A stretch of 64,000 nt of DNA from an uncultured Alphaproteobacteria bacterium. Its GTDB lineage: Bacteria; Pseudomonadota; Alphaproteobacteria; RF32; CAG-239. The stretch covers positions 46,244-110,243 of the forward strand of contig CALYAY010000002.1 in the NCBI GenBank assembly GCA_944393695.1, in the 5' to 3' direction. The notes beneath the pieces are model-generated. The model was given only the letters and a program-made list of their open reading frames with translations, did not search any database and was not told where the DNA came from. Both the position numbers and the translations under genes were made by a program. Below, one piece after another: positions 20,836 through 32,476 of this stretch. Each line of letters begins with the position of its first letter. Position 1 is the first letter of the stretch.

Positions 20836-22911
20836 TTACGCATTTTTAGCCTTTACCTTATCCGCCACATCCTTCGGAACTTCGGCATAATGATCAAAGA
20901 CCATCGTAAACTGTGCACGTCCCTGCGACAGAGAACGCAGCGTATTTACATAACCGAACATATTGGCCAAAGGTACGCTGGCATCAATAACACGGGCATT
21001 GGCGCGCTGATCCATACCGCTGACCAAACCGCGGCGTGAATTCAGATCACCAATAATATCGCCCATATATTCTTCCGGCGTAACCACTTCCACCTTCATA
21101 ATCGGTTCTAGAAGTTTCGGGTTAGCCTGACGCATACCCTCGCGGAAAGCAGCACGGGCAGCAATTTCAAAGCACATAACGTTAGAGTCGACTTCGTGAT
21201 AGGCACCATCATACAGATTGCACCGTACGCCGGTCACCGGATATCCGGCAATAACACCGGCTTCCATCGCCGAACGCAACCCTTTTTCAACACCGGGGAT
21301 ATATTCTTTCGGAACATTACCGCCGACAACCGTGCTTTCAAACTCAAAACCGTTATAACCTTCAATCGGTTCAAACTTGATTTTGACCTTGGCAAACTGA
21401 CCGGCACCACCGGACTGCTTCTTGTGTGTATATTCAATATCACACGGCGCAGTAATGGTTTCACGGTAAGCAACCTGGGGTTCACCCACATTGCACTCAA
21501 CCTTAAACTCGCGCTTCAGACGGTCAACGATGATTTCCAGGTGAAGTTCGCCCATACCCTTAATAATCGTCTGTCCGCTGTCCGGATCGGATGATACCTT
21601 AAAGGAAGGATCTTCCATTGCCAGACGGGACAAAGCCAGCCCCATTTTCTCGACATCGGCCTTGGTTTTCGGTTCAACGGCCAGTTCAATAACCGGATCC
21701 GGAAATTCCATGTTTTCCAACACAATCGGACGAGACTGATCGCACAGGGTATCACCGGTTGTCGTATCTTTCAGGCCGGCCAGAGCGATAATATCACCGG
21801 CAAAAGCCTCTTTCAAATCTTCACGCTTGTTAGCATGCATCAAAAGCATACGGCCGATGCGTTCTTTCTTGTCCTTAACCGAGTTATAAACATAAGAACC
21901 GGCATTCATCACCCCAGAATAAATACGGGTAAATGTAAGAGAACCTACAAACGGGTCGTTCATAATCTTAAACGCCAGAGCAGCCAGAGGTTCACTGTCG
22001 CTCGGATGTCTGACTTCCTCTTTATCCGTATTGGGATTAATGCCTTTAATAGACGGAATGTCAACCGGAGAAGGCAGATAATCGATAACCGCATCCAGCA
22101 AAGGCTGCACGCCTTTGTTCTTAAATGCCGTTCCGCAGAACACGGGAACGAAATCGCGGGCAATGGTACCCTTGCGGATACAGGCTTTCAAAACTTCCGG
22201 AGAAACTTCTTTGCCTTCCAGATAATCTTCCATTGCCTTTTCATCTTCTTCCACGGCCATTTCGACCAGTTCATGATGATATTTCTCGGCCTTTTCCTTC
22301 AAGTCAGCCGGAATTTCCTGAATTTCAATCGGAGAATCCGCCGTATCGCCGGTATAAACGATAGCGTTCATATTCAGCAGGTCAACCACGCCCTTAAAAT
22401 CGGCTTCCGAACCGATAGGCAGCTGCAGCACCATCGGACGGGCCCCCAGACGGTCGACGATCATATCCAGGCAACGATAGAAGTTGGCACCGATTCGATC
22501 CATTTTGTTACAGAAACAAATGCGGGGCACACCATACTTGTCTGCCTGTCTCCAGACGGTTTCGGACTGCGGCTCAACGCCGGCAACAGAATCAAACACC
22601 GTAATGGCACCGTCCAGAACGCGCAGCGAACGCTCCACTTCAACGGTAAAGTCAACGTGTCCCGGAGTGTCAATAATATTGATTCTGTGGCCCTTCCAAA
22701 AACAGGTTGTCGCAGCGGAAGTAATGGTAATACCGCGCTCTTGTTCCTGTTCCATCCAGTCCATTGTAGCGGCGCCTTCATGAACTTCGCCGATTTTATG
22801 ATTTTGTCCGGTATAATACAGAATACGTTCGGTAGTCGTTGTCTTGCCGGCATCAATATGAGCCATAATACCGATGTTTCTGTACAATTCCAGTTTATGA
22901 GTACGAGCCAT
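20836..22911 (-). CDS. fusA: elongation factor G
   Basis: 691 aa, [15 protein letters not shown]..., DTPGHVDFT. Confidence 0.98.
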   Translation of the reverse strand: MARTHKLELYRNIGIMAHIDAGKTTTTERILYYTGQNHKIGEVHEGAATMDWMEQEQERGITITSAATTCFWKGHRINIIDTPGHVDFTVEVERSLRVLDGAITVFDSVAGVEPQSETVWRQADKYGVPRICFCNKMDRIGANFYRCLDMIVDRLGARPMVLQLPIGSEADFKGVVDLLNMNAIVYTGDTADSPIEIQEIPADLKEKAEKYHHELVEMAVEEDEKAMEDYLEGKEVSPEVLKACIRKGTIARDFVPVFCGTAFKNKGVQPLLDAVIDYLPSPVDIPSIKGINPNTDKEEVRHPSDSEPLAALAFKIMNDPFVGSLTFTRIYSGVMNAGSYVYNSVKDKKERIGRMLLMHANKREDLKEAFAGDIIALAGLKDTTTGDTLCDQSRPIVLENMEFPDPVIELAVEPKTKADVEKMGLALSRLAMEDPSFKVSSDPDSGQTIIKGMGELHLEIIVDRLKREFKVECNVGEPQVAYRETITAPCDIEYTHKKQSGGAGQFAKVKIKFEPIEGYNGFEFESTVVGGNVPKEYIPGVEKGLRSAMEAGVIAGYPVTGVRCNLYDGAYHEVDSNVMCFEIAARAAFREGMRQANPKLLEPIMKVEVVTPEEYMGDIIGDLNSRRGLVSGMDQRANARVIDASVPLANMFGYVNTLRSLSQGRAQFTMVFDHYAEVPKDVADKVKAKNA

Positions 22912-22932
22912 TTTATTATTCCTGTCTTAGCG

Positions 22933-23415
<483 letters not shown>

Positions 23416-23790
23416 TTATTTAGGTCTCTTTGCGCCGTACAGAGAACGACGTTGACGACGTTTGGAAACACCTTGAGTATCCAAGGTACCACGAATGATA
23501 TGATAGCGAACACCTGGCAAGTCTTTGACACGGCCTCCTCTAATCAGCACCACTGAGTGTTCTTGCAAGTTGTGACCTTCACCAGGGATATAGCTGATTA
23601 CTTCAAAGCCGTTCGTCAAACGAATACGAGCCACTTTACGCAAAGCGGAGTTCGGTTTTTTCGGAGTAGTTGTATAAACTCTCGTACAAACACCGCGTTT
23701 CTGTGGACACGATTTCAAAGCCGGAACTTTGTTTCTCTTAACTTTGGGTGTTCGTGATTTACGAATTAACTGATTAATTGTAGGCATCAC
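23416..23790 (-). CDS. rpsL: 30S ribosomal protein S12
   Basis: PTINQLIRK...[11 protein letters not shown]. Confidence 0.95.
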   Translation of the reverse strand: MMPTINQLIRKSRTPKVKRNKVPALKSCPQKRGVCTRVYTTTPKKPNSALRKVARIRLTNGFEVISYIPGEGHNLQEHSVVLIRGGRVKDLPGVRYHIIRGTLDTQGVSKRRQRRSLYGAKRPK

Positions 23791-24242
23791 TAATTTCCTT
23801 ATTTATTATTATTAACACAAAAACCCGATTCACCATGCCTCCCGGCTTTTGGTAAAACAGGAAAACCTTTCCGGATTTCGGAAAAAAAGCCTGATTCGTC
23901 TCCTCTTCAGAAACGCCATACGCTTTCTTTCCTTCACATCCTTATGATTTATTCCCTTCTCTTGCAGCGTGTCGCCTTTGAAAGAATTAAGCGCATATTA
24001 ATGACACTTCCCCCCGAAGTCAACATCTTTTTTACAAAATTTTTGATTTTGAGTCCAAAAAGCTTTTACTTTTGCTTAACCTTTGTTCCCTTGCGATTCG
24101 CAAAGTCTTTCTCTGACTCGCCGCATAGCTTTTTCCGCTTTTTGCCCTCAAGGCCTTTTTGAGTCAAATTGAGTCCATAATATATAAGAAGTTTAACCAA
24201 GTTTTAAGCAATTACGGTAATGATACAAAGCGGAGGAACCCA

Positions 24243-24641
24243 ATGTTTAAACAATTCGGCTTAACATTTCTCGCCCTTTTGTCCGGAGCCTGCACCAGCT
24301 CTTACCGCCTGGCAGAGCTTGGCGTCATATCTCCCGACATAACCGGCATTGACCCCGTACAGCTGCAAAAAGCCCGGATAATTCCCAATGTGACCGGAAC
24401 CGACACAACTCCCGTCGTTTTCATCTTCCCTCAGGGATATCCTAATCTTGAATATGCCGCCCGCCGGGCTTTACAATCCTCCGAAGCCGACATCCTGGTA
24501 AACGTCCGGGCCGAATACAAAAGCTCATGGTACCTTTTCGGCGGTCAAAATTCCATCACCGTAACCGCCGACGCCGTCCGGCTGGCGCCGTTGTTCTCCG
24601 CTCCTGAAGAAAATACCGAGGCCGCCCATGACCATGAATAA
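24243..24641 (+). CDS. small lipoprotein (putative)
   Basis: SD GGAGGAA precedes the start. MFKQFGLTFLALLSGAC has a lipobox Cys. The ORF track shows an unsupported N-terminal extension from 24159. Confidence 0.5.
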   Translation: MFKQFGLTFLALLSGACTSSYRLAELGVISPDITGIDPVQLQKARIIPNVTGTDTTPVVFIFPQGYPNLEYAARRALQSSEADILVNVRAEYKSSWYLFGGQNSITVTADAVRLAPLFSAPEENTEAAHDHE

Positions 24642-24978
24642 AATCTTTCTGGCTTCACTTTTTTTGCTCAGCGCCTGCACCACCCGGGAAGGCCTCTACG
24701 GTGTTTTAAGTTCCCGGCCGATGAGCCTCTACACGCTGACCGAACCGGCCCAAACCGTTGCCTCGCAGGTTCACGCCGAAGTATCTTACACGCAGTTTCT
24801 GCTGATTCCGCTTGACGACGCTCCGAAAATTGACAACGCAATAGAAGAACTGGTGCAAAAATATCAGGGCGACTACATGAGCAACATTGAAATCAAATAC
24901 CACACCGTCCGCCTGCTTCCCTTTTATGGCAAAAGCACCTGGTCCGTCACGGGAGATATCATGCGTGTTTCTCAATAA
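24628..24978 (+). CDS. small lipoprotein (putative), paralog-like of the preceding gene
   Basis: MTMNKIFLASLFLLSAC lipobox. Overlaps the upstream gene by 14 nt. Similar predicted beta-rich C-terminus. Confidence 0.5.
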   Translation: MTMNKIFLASLFLLSACTTREGLYGVLSSRPMSLYTLTEPAQTVASQVHAEVSYTQFLLIPLDDAPKIDNAIEELVQKYQGDYMSNIEIKYHTVRLLPFYGKSTWSVTGDIMRVSQ

Positions 24979-25063
24979 ATCATAAAAAAACTTGCTTTTA
25001 AAAACCAAACATCATATCTTTAGCTTATTGCTGAATAATATTATTGAAGGAACATGATATATT

Positions 25064-26026
25064 ATGGAAAACAAAGACCTTATCTCTGCCAAACACACCA
25101 TTGACAAAGAAGTCGAAGCCTTGCGCATAATGGAAGATTCTCTCAACCAAAATCTGACCCGGGCGCTTGATCTCATGCAAAAGACCGAAGGACGCGTCAT
25201 TGTCACCGGCATGGGCAAATCCGGCCATGTCGGCAGCAAAATCGCTGCCACCCTGGCCTCCACCGGCACCCCGTCGTTTTTCGTTCATCCCGGCGAAGCC
25301 AGCCACGGCGACCTCGGTATGATCACCACCAAAGACTGCGTCCTGGCCATTTCCAATTCCGGCGAAACCCGGGAACTCTCCGACATTATCATTTACTGCA
25401 AACGCTACAGCATCCCCTTAATTGCCATGACCAAAAATCCCGACAGCGCCCTGGGCAAAGCCGGCGATATTTTGTTGCAGCTTCCCGATGACGGTGAAGC
25501 CTGTCCGCTGGGACTGGCCCCCACCTCATCCACCACTGCCACCATGGTTTTCGGCGATATTCTGGCCATTGCCCTGCTTGAGCGCCGCGGCTTTTCCAAA
25601 ACCGATTTCAAACAGCGTCATCCCGGCGGCAAACTGGGGGCTTTTTTGCAAAAAGTTTCCGACATCATGCACAAAGGCGACGAAATCCCCCTGATTTCCG
25701 AAAACGCCCCCATGCCTGATGCCATTCTGGTCATGACCGCCAAAATGCTGGGCTGTGTCGGTGCCCTTGACGACCAGGGAAATCTCATCGGCATCATCAC
25801 CGACGGTGACCTCCGCCGTTATATGGACGGCAGCATCATGACCAAAAAAGTCAAAGATGTCATGACCGTTCATCCCAAGTCCATCCCTGCCGACACCATG
25901 GTGGCCGAAGCGCTCAACATCATGAACAACACCGGCAAAGGCATCACCCAGCTGTTTGTCATCGACGGACAAAAACCCGTCGGCATTGTCCATATGCACG
26001 ACTGCTTAAAAGCCGGAGTTGCCTGA
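25064..26026 (+). CDS. kdsD: arabinose-5-phosphate isomerase (SIS + tandem CBS), KdsD/KpsF family
   Basis: 320 aa with an SIS domain (VTGMGKSGHVGSKIAATLASTG) and C-terminal CBS pair. Canonical neighbour of lptC/lptA/lptB/rpoN. Confidence 0.85.
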   Translation: MENKDLISAKHTIDKEVEALRIMEDSLNQNLTRALDLMQKTEGRVIVTGMGKSGHVGSKIAATLASTGTPSFFVHPGEASHGDLGMITTKDCVLAISNSGETRELSDIIIYCKRYSIPLIAMTKNPDSALGKAGDILLQLPDDGEACPLGLAPTSSTTATMVFGDILAIALLERRGFSKTDFKQRHPGGKLGAFLQKVSDIMHKGDEIPLISENAPMPDAILVMTAKMLGCVGALDDQGNLIGIITDGDLRRYMDGSIMTKKVKDVMTVHPKSIPADTMVAEALNIMNNTGKGITQLFVIDGQKPVGIVHMHDCLKAGVA

Positions 26027-26029
26027 GCC

Positions 26030-26710
26030 GTGGTAAACCATAAGGAAATCGACATATATTTCAGCCAGACCGGAAAAAACACCGCCCGCGCCCCCCGCGA
26101 CAAAATTGCCCTCCGCAGCCGGGCGGTCAAACTGATTGAGCTCATTTTTCCAAGTCTGGCTGCCGTTTTGCTGGGCCTGCTGATTATCATCCCTAACTAT
26201 AAAAAGAGTCAGGACACATTCAAAGTTGACATCACCATGCCCAAAACCGGTGAGCTGGAAAAGCTCCATATTGAATCAACCGATTTCTACATCACCGACC
26301 GTAACAACAAAGTAAACAACTTCACCGCCGACAACATTGATGAAACCTCCCCCGGCTCAAAGCTCATCAAGCTCACCAATCCCCGCGGCATCATCCCCGC
26401 AGACAACGGCACCTGGTATAACATCGAAGCCCCCGTCGGCTATTATGATCAAAATCAAAACACCCTGCGGCTGGAACAAAACGCTTCCGTCATTTACAGC
26501 GACGGCCTTGAAGCCCGCACGCAACAAATCAGCTACGACTTCAAAACCGGCACCGGTCTCAGCACCACACCGACCAGCGCCGACGGCTGGCTGGGCAGTC
26601 TCACCTCTCAGGGATTAAAATTTTTCAACCGGGAAAAACTGATTATTTTCACCGGCAAAACCCACATCTCCATTGACGAAAAACAACTTAAGGAACAATC
26701 ACCGTCATGA
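26030..26710 (+). CDS. lptC: LPS export protein LptC-like (GTG start)
   Basis: Single N-terminal TM helix plus a ~160-aa periplasmic domain, at the canonical kdsD-lptC-lptA position. Sequence is weakly diagnostic on its own. Confidence 0.55.
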   Translation: MVNHKEIDIYFSQTGKNTARAPRDKIALRSRAVKLIELIFPSLAAVLLGLLIIIPNYKKSQDTFKVDITMPKTGELEKLHIESTDFYITDRNNKVNNFTADNIDETSPGSKLIKLTNPRGIIPADNGTWYNIEAPVGYYDQNQNTLRLEQNASVIYSDGLEARTQQISYDFKTGTGLSTTPTSADGWLGSLTSQGLKFFNREKLIIFTGKTHISIDEKQLKEQSPS

Positions 26711-27501
26711 AAAAAATCCTTGTCCTACTCGTTTCTCTGCTTACATTCACAGCACCGGCAGCACAAGCTGAAGATCTGAACATTTATGCCGACAAGCAGG
26801 TTGAAGTTCATCAAAAAGAACAAAAACTGGTTGCCGTCGGCAATGCCGTTGCCTCCAAAGACGGCAACACCGTCTACGCCGATGAGCTTTCTGCTTTCTA
26901 TCACAAAACCCCGGACGGCAAAACCGCTTTCAAAACCATGCACGGCAAAGGCAATGTGCGCATCACCTCGCCTTCGGCCAAAGCCTGGGGCAAAACGCTT
27001 GACTACGACCTGACCAAAGAAGAAATCATTCTCAAAGGCTCGCCGGCCAAAATAGAAAACACCAAAGGCGAAACCATCACCGCCGAAGACAAGATCATTT
27101 ATTATCCGCAAAAACAAATGGCCGTTGCCTTAGGCAACGTCACCGCCCACAGCAAGGAAAACACCGTCCGCGCTGATCGCATGGTCAGCTATTTTGCCAA
27201 AAACGCCGAAGGCCGGCTTGAAATGGATGAAATAAAAATCTTCGACAACGTCAAAATCACCACCCCTCAGGCCACTGCCGTTTCCGACAAAGGAACCTAC
27301 TACCCGCAGAAAGGACTTGTCTACCTTAACGAAAACGTCACCATAAATCAGGACGGCAACATCCTCAAAGGGGACACGGCCGAAACCAACCTCAACACCG
27401 GCGTCAGCCGCATGCTTTCAAGCTCCGGCGGCAAACGTGTGTCCGGCGTTTTCAAAGAAAAAGAAGATGACAAAAAATCTGCCGCGCAGGAGAAAAAATA
27501 A
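26707..27501 (+). CDS. lptA: LPS transport periplasmic protein LptA (OstA-like)
   Basis: Signal peptide. Repeating beta-jellyroll-like segments. Immediately precedes lptB. Confidence 0.7.
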   Translation: MKKILVLLVSLLTFTAPAAQAEDLNIYADKQVEVHQKEQKLVAVGNAVASKDGNTVYADELSAFYHKTPDGKTAFKTMHGKGNVRITSPSAKAWGKTLDYDLTKEEIILKGSPAKIENTKGETITAEDKIIYYPQKQMAVALGNVTAHSKENTVRADRMVSYFAKNAEGRLEMDEIKIFDNVKITTPQATAVSDKGTYYPQKGLVYLNENVTINQDGNILKGDTAETNLNTGVSRMLSSSGGKRVSGVFKEKEDDKKSAAQEKK

Positions 27502-27503
27502 TC

Positions 27504-28244
27504 ATGCTCAACAATAATTCCGCCTCCACTCTGGAAGTCTTCAATATCGGCAAAAAATACAAAAACCGCCCGGTTTTGCGCAACGTTTCGCTCAATGTCC
27601 GCCGCGGCGAGGCCGTCGGCCTGCTGGGGCCAAACGGCGCCGGCAAAACCACTTGTTTTTACTGCGTCACCGGCCTGATTACTCCGGATTACGGCGATGT
27701 TCACATTGACGGCCGCGACATCACCAACCTGCCCATGTACCGCCGCGCCCGCATGGGCATCGGCTATCTACCGCAGGAAGCCTCTATTTTCCGTTCGCTT
27801 TCCGTTGAAGACAATATCAAAGCCATTCTTGAAGTAGTGGTTGACAACATCAGCGAAAGAGAAAACATGCTTGAACAGTTGTTGTCCGAATTTTCCATTG
27901 CCCACCTGCGCAAATCTCCGGCGATTGCCCTTTCCGGAGGTGAGCGCCGCCGTCTGGAGATTGCCCGCGCCCTGGCCAGTCAGCCGAAATTCATTTTGCT
28001 TGACGAACCTCTGGCCGGCATCGACCCCATTGCCGTGGGAGAAATTCGCACGCTGGTTTCCCAGCTCAAAAACCGCGGACTGGGCGTGTTAATTACCGAC
28101 CACAATGTTCGTGAAACCCTTGATATTATTGACCGCGCCTATATCTTACACGGCGGTTCGGTTTTAATGGAAGGTTCCCCTTCCGAAATTGTTGCCAGCA
28201 AGGAAGTCCGCAAAGTATACCTCGGCGATAATTTCTCAATGTAA
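27504..28244 (+). CDS. lptB: LPS export ABC transporter ATPase LptB
   Basis: Walker A GPNGAGKTT, ABC signature LSGGERRRLEIARAL, Walker B ILLDEP. Confidence 0.9.
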   Translation: MLNNNSASTLEVFNIGKKYKNRPVLRNVSLNVRRGEAVGLLGPNGAGKTTCFYCVTGLITPDYGDVHIDGRDITNLPMYRRARMGIGYLPQEASIFRSLSVEDNIKAILEVVVDNISERENMLEQLLSEFSIAHLRKSPAIALSGGERRRLEIARALASQPKFILLDEPLAGIDPIAVGEIRTLVSQLKNRGLGVLITDHNVRETLDIIDRAYILHGGSVLMEGSPSEIVASKEVRKVYLGDNFSM

Positions 28245-28268
28245 AACCTCAGTTTTCACCTCAGGGAG

Positions 28269-29795
28269 TTGTTGCAGACCATGGCCGTCACGCCAAAACT
28301 GGAAATAAAACAATCGCAGTCGCTGCTCATGACTCCCCAGCTGCGCCAGGCCATAAACCTGTTGCAGATGAACAATATTGAGTTGGCCTCCCTGATTGAA
28401 AACGAGCTGGCCTCCAATCCCCTGCTCATCAGCGAAGCCGAAAGCCTGAACGACTTTTCCCCGGACGGACAATCATCAAAAGAGCAATCCATTGACGACT
28501 ACGATGCCCCCTCTCCCCAAAGCGAAGAGGAAACCTTTTCCCCCGACATTGATTACACCACCGCCTTTGACGACGACTTTGGCTCTGACCGTGAAGGCTA
28601 CGATTCCGCAACCGGCGACTACAACTGGCAGGATTATGCCCTGACCAAAACCCAAAACCGCGACCCTGACGGTAATTTCGATTTTTTTGAACAAAAGCTC
28701 AGCGACAAAAAATCCGTTTACCAATTAATCTCCGAACAAATTTCTCTGAAATTCACCCGGCCGGAAGAAAAGCTGATAGCCTTCCGCCTGGCCGAAAGCC
28801 TTGATGAGAGCGGCTATTTCCGCGGCAACATATCAGATATTGCCCGCCAGTTGCACATTTCGGAACCCCGCGTCGCCAATGTACTGAAAACACTCAAAAG
28901 CTTTGAACCATCCGGCCTGTTTGCCGAAAACCTCGCCGAGTGCATTGCCCTTCAGCTGGCTGACGACAACCGGCTGTCCCCGCTCATGCAGCAGCTGCTC
29001 ACCCGTCTGGACTTAATCGCCGAACATCGACACAAAGAGCTTTGCAGGCTTCTGAACATCTCCGAAGAGCAGCTGACCGCCATGCTGGCACAAATCCGTT
29101 CAGTCAATCCAAAACCTGCCGCCGGGTTTGAAACCGGCTTCACCTCTTATATCATTCCCGATGTTTTCGTCCGCCGGACCAAACCGCATTTTTACACCGT
29201 TGAGCTCAACAATCTGTCTCTGCCCCGGGTTTTAATCGACCACCGTTATTATGCCGAAATCAACCGGCTTGCACCTCAGGACAAAGCAACCCGTAAATTT
29301 CTGAAAAACAACCTCGGCAGTGCAAATTTTTTAATCCGGGCTCTTCACCAGCGCGCTCAGACAATCCTGCGGGTCAGTGAAGAAATCGTAAAAATGCAAT
29401 ATGACTTTTTCGAAAAAGGCATTGACGGCCTCCGCCCCATGACACTGAAAGACATTGCCGCTGCTGCTGAAATTCACGAAAGCACCGTCAGCCGCGTCAC
29501 CAGCGGAAAATACATGCACACGCCGCGGGGCATTTTTGAACTGAAATACTTTTTCTCTGCTGCTGCCGGCTCCTTCAGCGGAGACGACACCACCACCGTC
29601 ACCGGCATTAAACACACCATAAAAAAACTGATTGAGCAGGAAACCCCTGACGACATCTTATCTGATGACAAACTTTCCGAACTCCTGGCCCGTCAAGGTC
29701 TGAAAGTCGCCCGCCGCACCATTGCCAAATACCGCGAAAGCCTGAATATTCCTTCCTCCGCCGCCCGCAAACGAGCCAAACGGAATTTTAAATAA
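28269..29795 (+). CDS. rpoN: RNA polymerase sigma-54 factor
   Basis: 508 aa. N-terminal Gln/Leu-rich region I. C-terminal RpoN box ARRTIAKYRE. Confidence 0.95.
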   Translation: MLQTMAVTPKLEIKQSQSLLMTPQLRQAINLLQMNNIELASLIENELASNPLLISEAESLNDFSPDGQSSKEQSIDDYDAPSPQSEEETFSPDIDYTTAFDDDFGSDREGYDSATGDYNWQDYALTKTQNRDPDGNFDFFEQKLSDKKSVYQLISEQISLKFTRPEEKLIAFRLAESLDESGYFRGNISDIARQLHISEPRVANVLKTLKSFEPSGLFAENLAECIALQLADDNRLSPLMQQLLTRLDLIAEHRHKELCRLLNISEEQLTAMLAQIRSVNPKPAAGFETGFTSYIIPDVFVRRTKPHFYTVELNNLSLPRVLIDHRYYAEINRLAPQDKATRKFLKNNLGSANFLIRALHQRAQTILRVSEEIVKMQYDFFEKGIDGLRPMTLKDIAAAAEIHESTVSRVTSGKYMHTPRGIFELKYFFSAAAGSFSGDDTTTVTGIKHTIKKLIEQETPDDILSDDKLSELLARQGLKVARRTIAKYRESLNIPSSAARKRAKRNFK

Positions 29796-29849
29796 AACTT
29801 CCCGCCCTTGTCTTTCCGTTAAGAAAGAAAAAGGCAGCGGGAAAAAGGG

Positions 29850-30287
29850 TTATTCAACATCCCAGGGAAAAACTATCCACTGTTCGGGAAGAGCACGGGC
29901 AAAAATACCGGCATCCGCACCCCCCTGAGGTTTGGCATAAACACAGGCAAAATGAGCCTGCGGAAATTTTTTACGGAGAATCTGAAAAGTACGTCCGGTA
30001 TCTGCCAGATCATCAACAATCAAGGTATGCTCATCAACGACATCTATATGACACTCAAGCTCAATGTCTTCATCCCGGCGGCGTTCGTAATTGTGGTCAT
30101 AGCTGGACATGTTGATGGTCTGGGTCTTGCGGATATCCAGCTCATAGGCCAGTATTCCGGCCGGAAGCAAACCTCCCCGGCTGACCGCGATGATTTGCGA
30201 ATAATTTCCTGAAACTCTGATTTTATCGGCAAGATTCTTAACATCACGATGAAAATCCTGCCAGCTGATATAATATTTTTCGCTCAT
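29850..30287 (-). CDS. gpt: xanthine-guanine phosphoribosyltransferase
   Basis: 145 aa. AVSRGGL.P, SSYDH, and the PRPP-binding VDDLADTG motif. Confidence 0.8.
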   Translation of the reverse strand: MSEKYYISWQDFHRDVKNLADKIRVSGNYSQIIAVSRGGLLPAGILAYELDIRKTQTINMSSYDHNYERRRDEDIELECHIDVVDEHTLIVDDLADTGRTFQILRKKFPQAHFACVYAKPQGGADAGIFARALPEQWIVFPWDVE

Positions 30288-30296
30288 TACCTGTCC

Positions 30297-30824
30297 TTAG
30301 CCGTGTTGTGCTTTTATTTTGTAAATATATTCGATTACTTTGTTGTCATCCCATTCGGCAGCCCCGCGGATACGTCCGATTTCTTTGCCCTGCCGATTAA
30401 CCAGAACGGTGTTGGGCGATGTGAATATACCGAGGTCAGAGGCCAGATTGCTGTGTTCATCAGTATAAAACTCCATGCCGTCGGCTCCGAATTTGTCAAG
30501 GAACTCTCGCTGTTCAAAGCTGTCTTTCCATTCCTGGGACGGAGAAATCAGAATAACCCTGATACCGTTTTCCTGCGTTTTGAGGGCAAAATTTTTAACC
30601 TCATCCAGTTCTTTTATGCAGGGAACACAATGACGGGACCAAAACATGGCCAGAACAAAATCATCCGGAAAAGAATCAAGGCTGATTTGTGCTCCGTCAG
30701 AACGGGTGACTTTACGTTCGGGCAAATCCCGCGGCGTGTCGTAAATATTAACGCCTTTTTGTGCCGCAGCGGCCGAAAAGGTAAAACTTACGGCCAGTAA
30801 TATAGAGCATATTTGTTTTATCAT
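30297..30824 (-). CDS. TlpA/ResA-like periplasmic thiol:disulfide oxidoreductase (thioredoxin fold)
   Basis: Start placed at MIKQICSILLAVSF (signal peptide). CxxC active site WSRHCVPC. The ORF track's N-terminal extension has no support. Confidence 0.7.
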   Translation of the reverse strand: MIKQICSILLAVSFTFSAAAAQKGVNIYDTPRDLPERKVTRSDGAQISLDSFPDDFVLAMFWSRHCVPCIKELDEVKNFALKTQENGIRVILISPSQEWKDSFEQREFLDKFGADGMEFYTDEHSNLASDLGIFTSPNTVLVNRQGKEIGRIRGAAEWDDNKVIEYIYKIKAQHG

Positions 30825-30908
30825 CTTGATAACTGAAATATAAGTTTTGAGTTTATCCCTGATTAAGAGTATATAATGTTTATATTTAGAATAAAAAGGT
30901 TTCAAAAT

Positions 30909-31041
30909 TATGAATAATAAAGTGTTTTTATGTGCGGTGCTGGCCGTGGTTATTTTTGCGGGATTGACGGGATGCGGCAAAATTTCCAAGCCGGAACCTT
31001 ATGAAGGCAGCGGATATCCTCATTCATATCCGCGCTATTGA
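30909..31041 (+). CDS. small putative lipoprotein (44 aa)
   Basis: MNNKVFLCAVLAVVIFAGLTGC lipobox. Below the ORF-track size cutoff. Confidence 0.3.
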
Positions 31042-31056
31042 TAAAGGATAAAATCT

Positions 31057-31746
31057 ATGGCGGAAGAAAGCAACAAATATATTGACGAGATGATTCCCTA
31101 TGTGGAATTTGCCGATAATGCCAATGAGCGGACACCGTGCGTGCTGGTGCTGGATTGTTCAGGTTCAATGCGCGGTGAACCGATTAAGCAGCTTAACACC
31201 GGGTTGAAAGCCCTGGAAAAGGAACTGAAAGAAGACATAGACGCCAGTTCGCGGGTGCAGCTGCTGATTATCAAAGCTTTTGGCAAAGATGAAGCCGTTG
31301 TATCTTCGGACTGGATTGATGCCATGAATTTCGAGGCACCGGAGATGGAAGCCGGAGGACTGACGCCTCTGGGTAAAGCCATGGAACTGGCTTTGCAAAA
31401 AATAGAAGAGCAAAAGTGTTTGTATGACAGCTGCGGTATTACCTCCAAACGACCGTGGATTTTTCTTATCAGCGACGGAGAACCGACAGATTATGACTGG
31501 GAGATTATTGCAGAAAAGTGCCGTTATGCCCAGAAGAATAAAAAAGTCGTTATTCATGCGGTGGGAACTCAGGGAGCAAACCTGGAAAAACTGGCCAAGT
31601 TTTCAACCATAGCTCCGAAGCGTTTGAGCGGACTAAAATTTACCGAATTCTTTTTGTGGTTGTCGCGCAGTGTTTCCTGTGTTTCAAAGGCGGCACCGAA
31701 CGTTCCGGATTTGTTGGAAGATACGGATGACTGGAATGCGAAGTAA
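31057..31746 (+). CDS. von Willebrand factor A domain protein, TerY-like
   Basis: 229 aa. MIDAS motif VLVLDCSGSM, later SDGEPTD. AAGGA SD. Stop overlaps the start of the PP2C gene. Confidence 0.8.
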   Translation: MAEESNKYIDEMIPYVEFADNANERTPCVLVLDCSGSMRGEPIKQLNTGLKALEKELKEDIDASSRVQLLIIKAFGKDEAVVSSDWIDAMNFEAPEMEAGGLTPLGKAMELALQKIEEQKCLYDSCGITSKRPWIFLISDGEPTDYDWEIIAEKCRYAQKNKKVVIHAVGTQGANLEKLAKFSTIAPKRLSGLKFTEFFLWLSRSVSCVSKAAPNVPDLLEDTDDWNAK

Positions 31747-32476
31747 AGTCAGGGTAGTGGCGGCCAGTGTATGCGGCCCGATGCACCGCTACCGGAAAAT
31801 GCCTTGTCAGGATTGTTTTAAGCACAAAACCGGCCGGCGCAATTTTGTGGCCGTGGTGTCTGACGGAGCCGGATCGGCCCGGTATGGCAAAATCGGAGCA
31901 CGGGTAGTCTGCGAAACATTAACCGATTTGCTGGCGGAATGTGATTTTTCAACGGTCAAAACCCGGATTGTGCAGGCAATTGAAACCGCCCGCGGCCGGC
32001 TTATCAGACATCGGTTTAACAAACAAAAAAATACAGAAGGACTGCTTGATTTTTCGGCAACCCTGGTGGGAGCCGTATGCAACCGCGGACGAGGAATGTT
32101 CTTTCATATCGGCGACGGAGCCGGTATTGCCCTGAGCAACGGAGATTATGAACATTTCGTGGCAACCAGGCCGGAAAACGGAAATTTTGCCTGCGAAACT
32201 TTCTTTTATACCATGGATGACTGGAAAGAGAGCCTGCGTTTTACAACATTTGAAAATGCCAGCACATTATTTTTGATGACCGACGGGGTGACAAATTTTG
32301 CCTTTTCGCCGGACTACCGGCATATTGAGAAAGGTTTTATTGCTCCGATTAATGATTTTTTGCAAAAGGATATGTCAAAAGGCAAAGCCGTATGGGCGCT
32401 GAACAATACGCTGAACACACCGCAGGCAAAAAAACTGAATTCTGATGACAAGACTTTGTTATGGGCACAGTTATGA
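31727..32476 (+). CDS. PP2C-family Ser/Thr protein phosphatase
   Basis: Motifs VVSDGAGSARYG, HIGDGAG, LMTDGV. Start MTGMRSK overlaps the vWA gene's last codons. Confidence 0.75.
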   Translation: MTGMRSKVRVVAASVCGPMHRYRKMPCQDCFKHKTGRRNFVAVVSDGAGSARYGKIGARVVCETLTDLLAECDFSTVKTRIVQAIETARGRLIRHRFNKQKNTEGLLDFSATLVGAVCNRGRGMFFHIGDGAGIALSNGDYEHFVATRPENGNFACETFFYTMDDWKESLRFTTFENASTLFLMTDGVTNFAFSPDYRHIEKGFIAPINDFLQKDMSKGKAVWALNNTLNTPQAKKLNSDDKTLLWAQL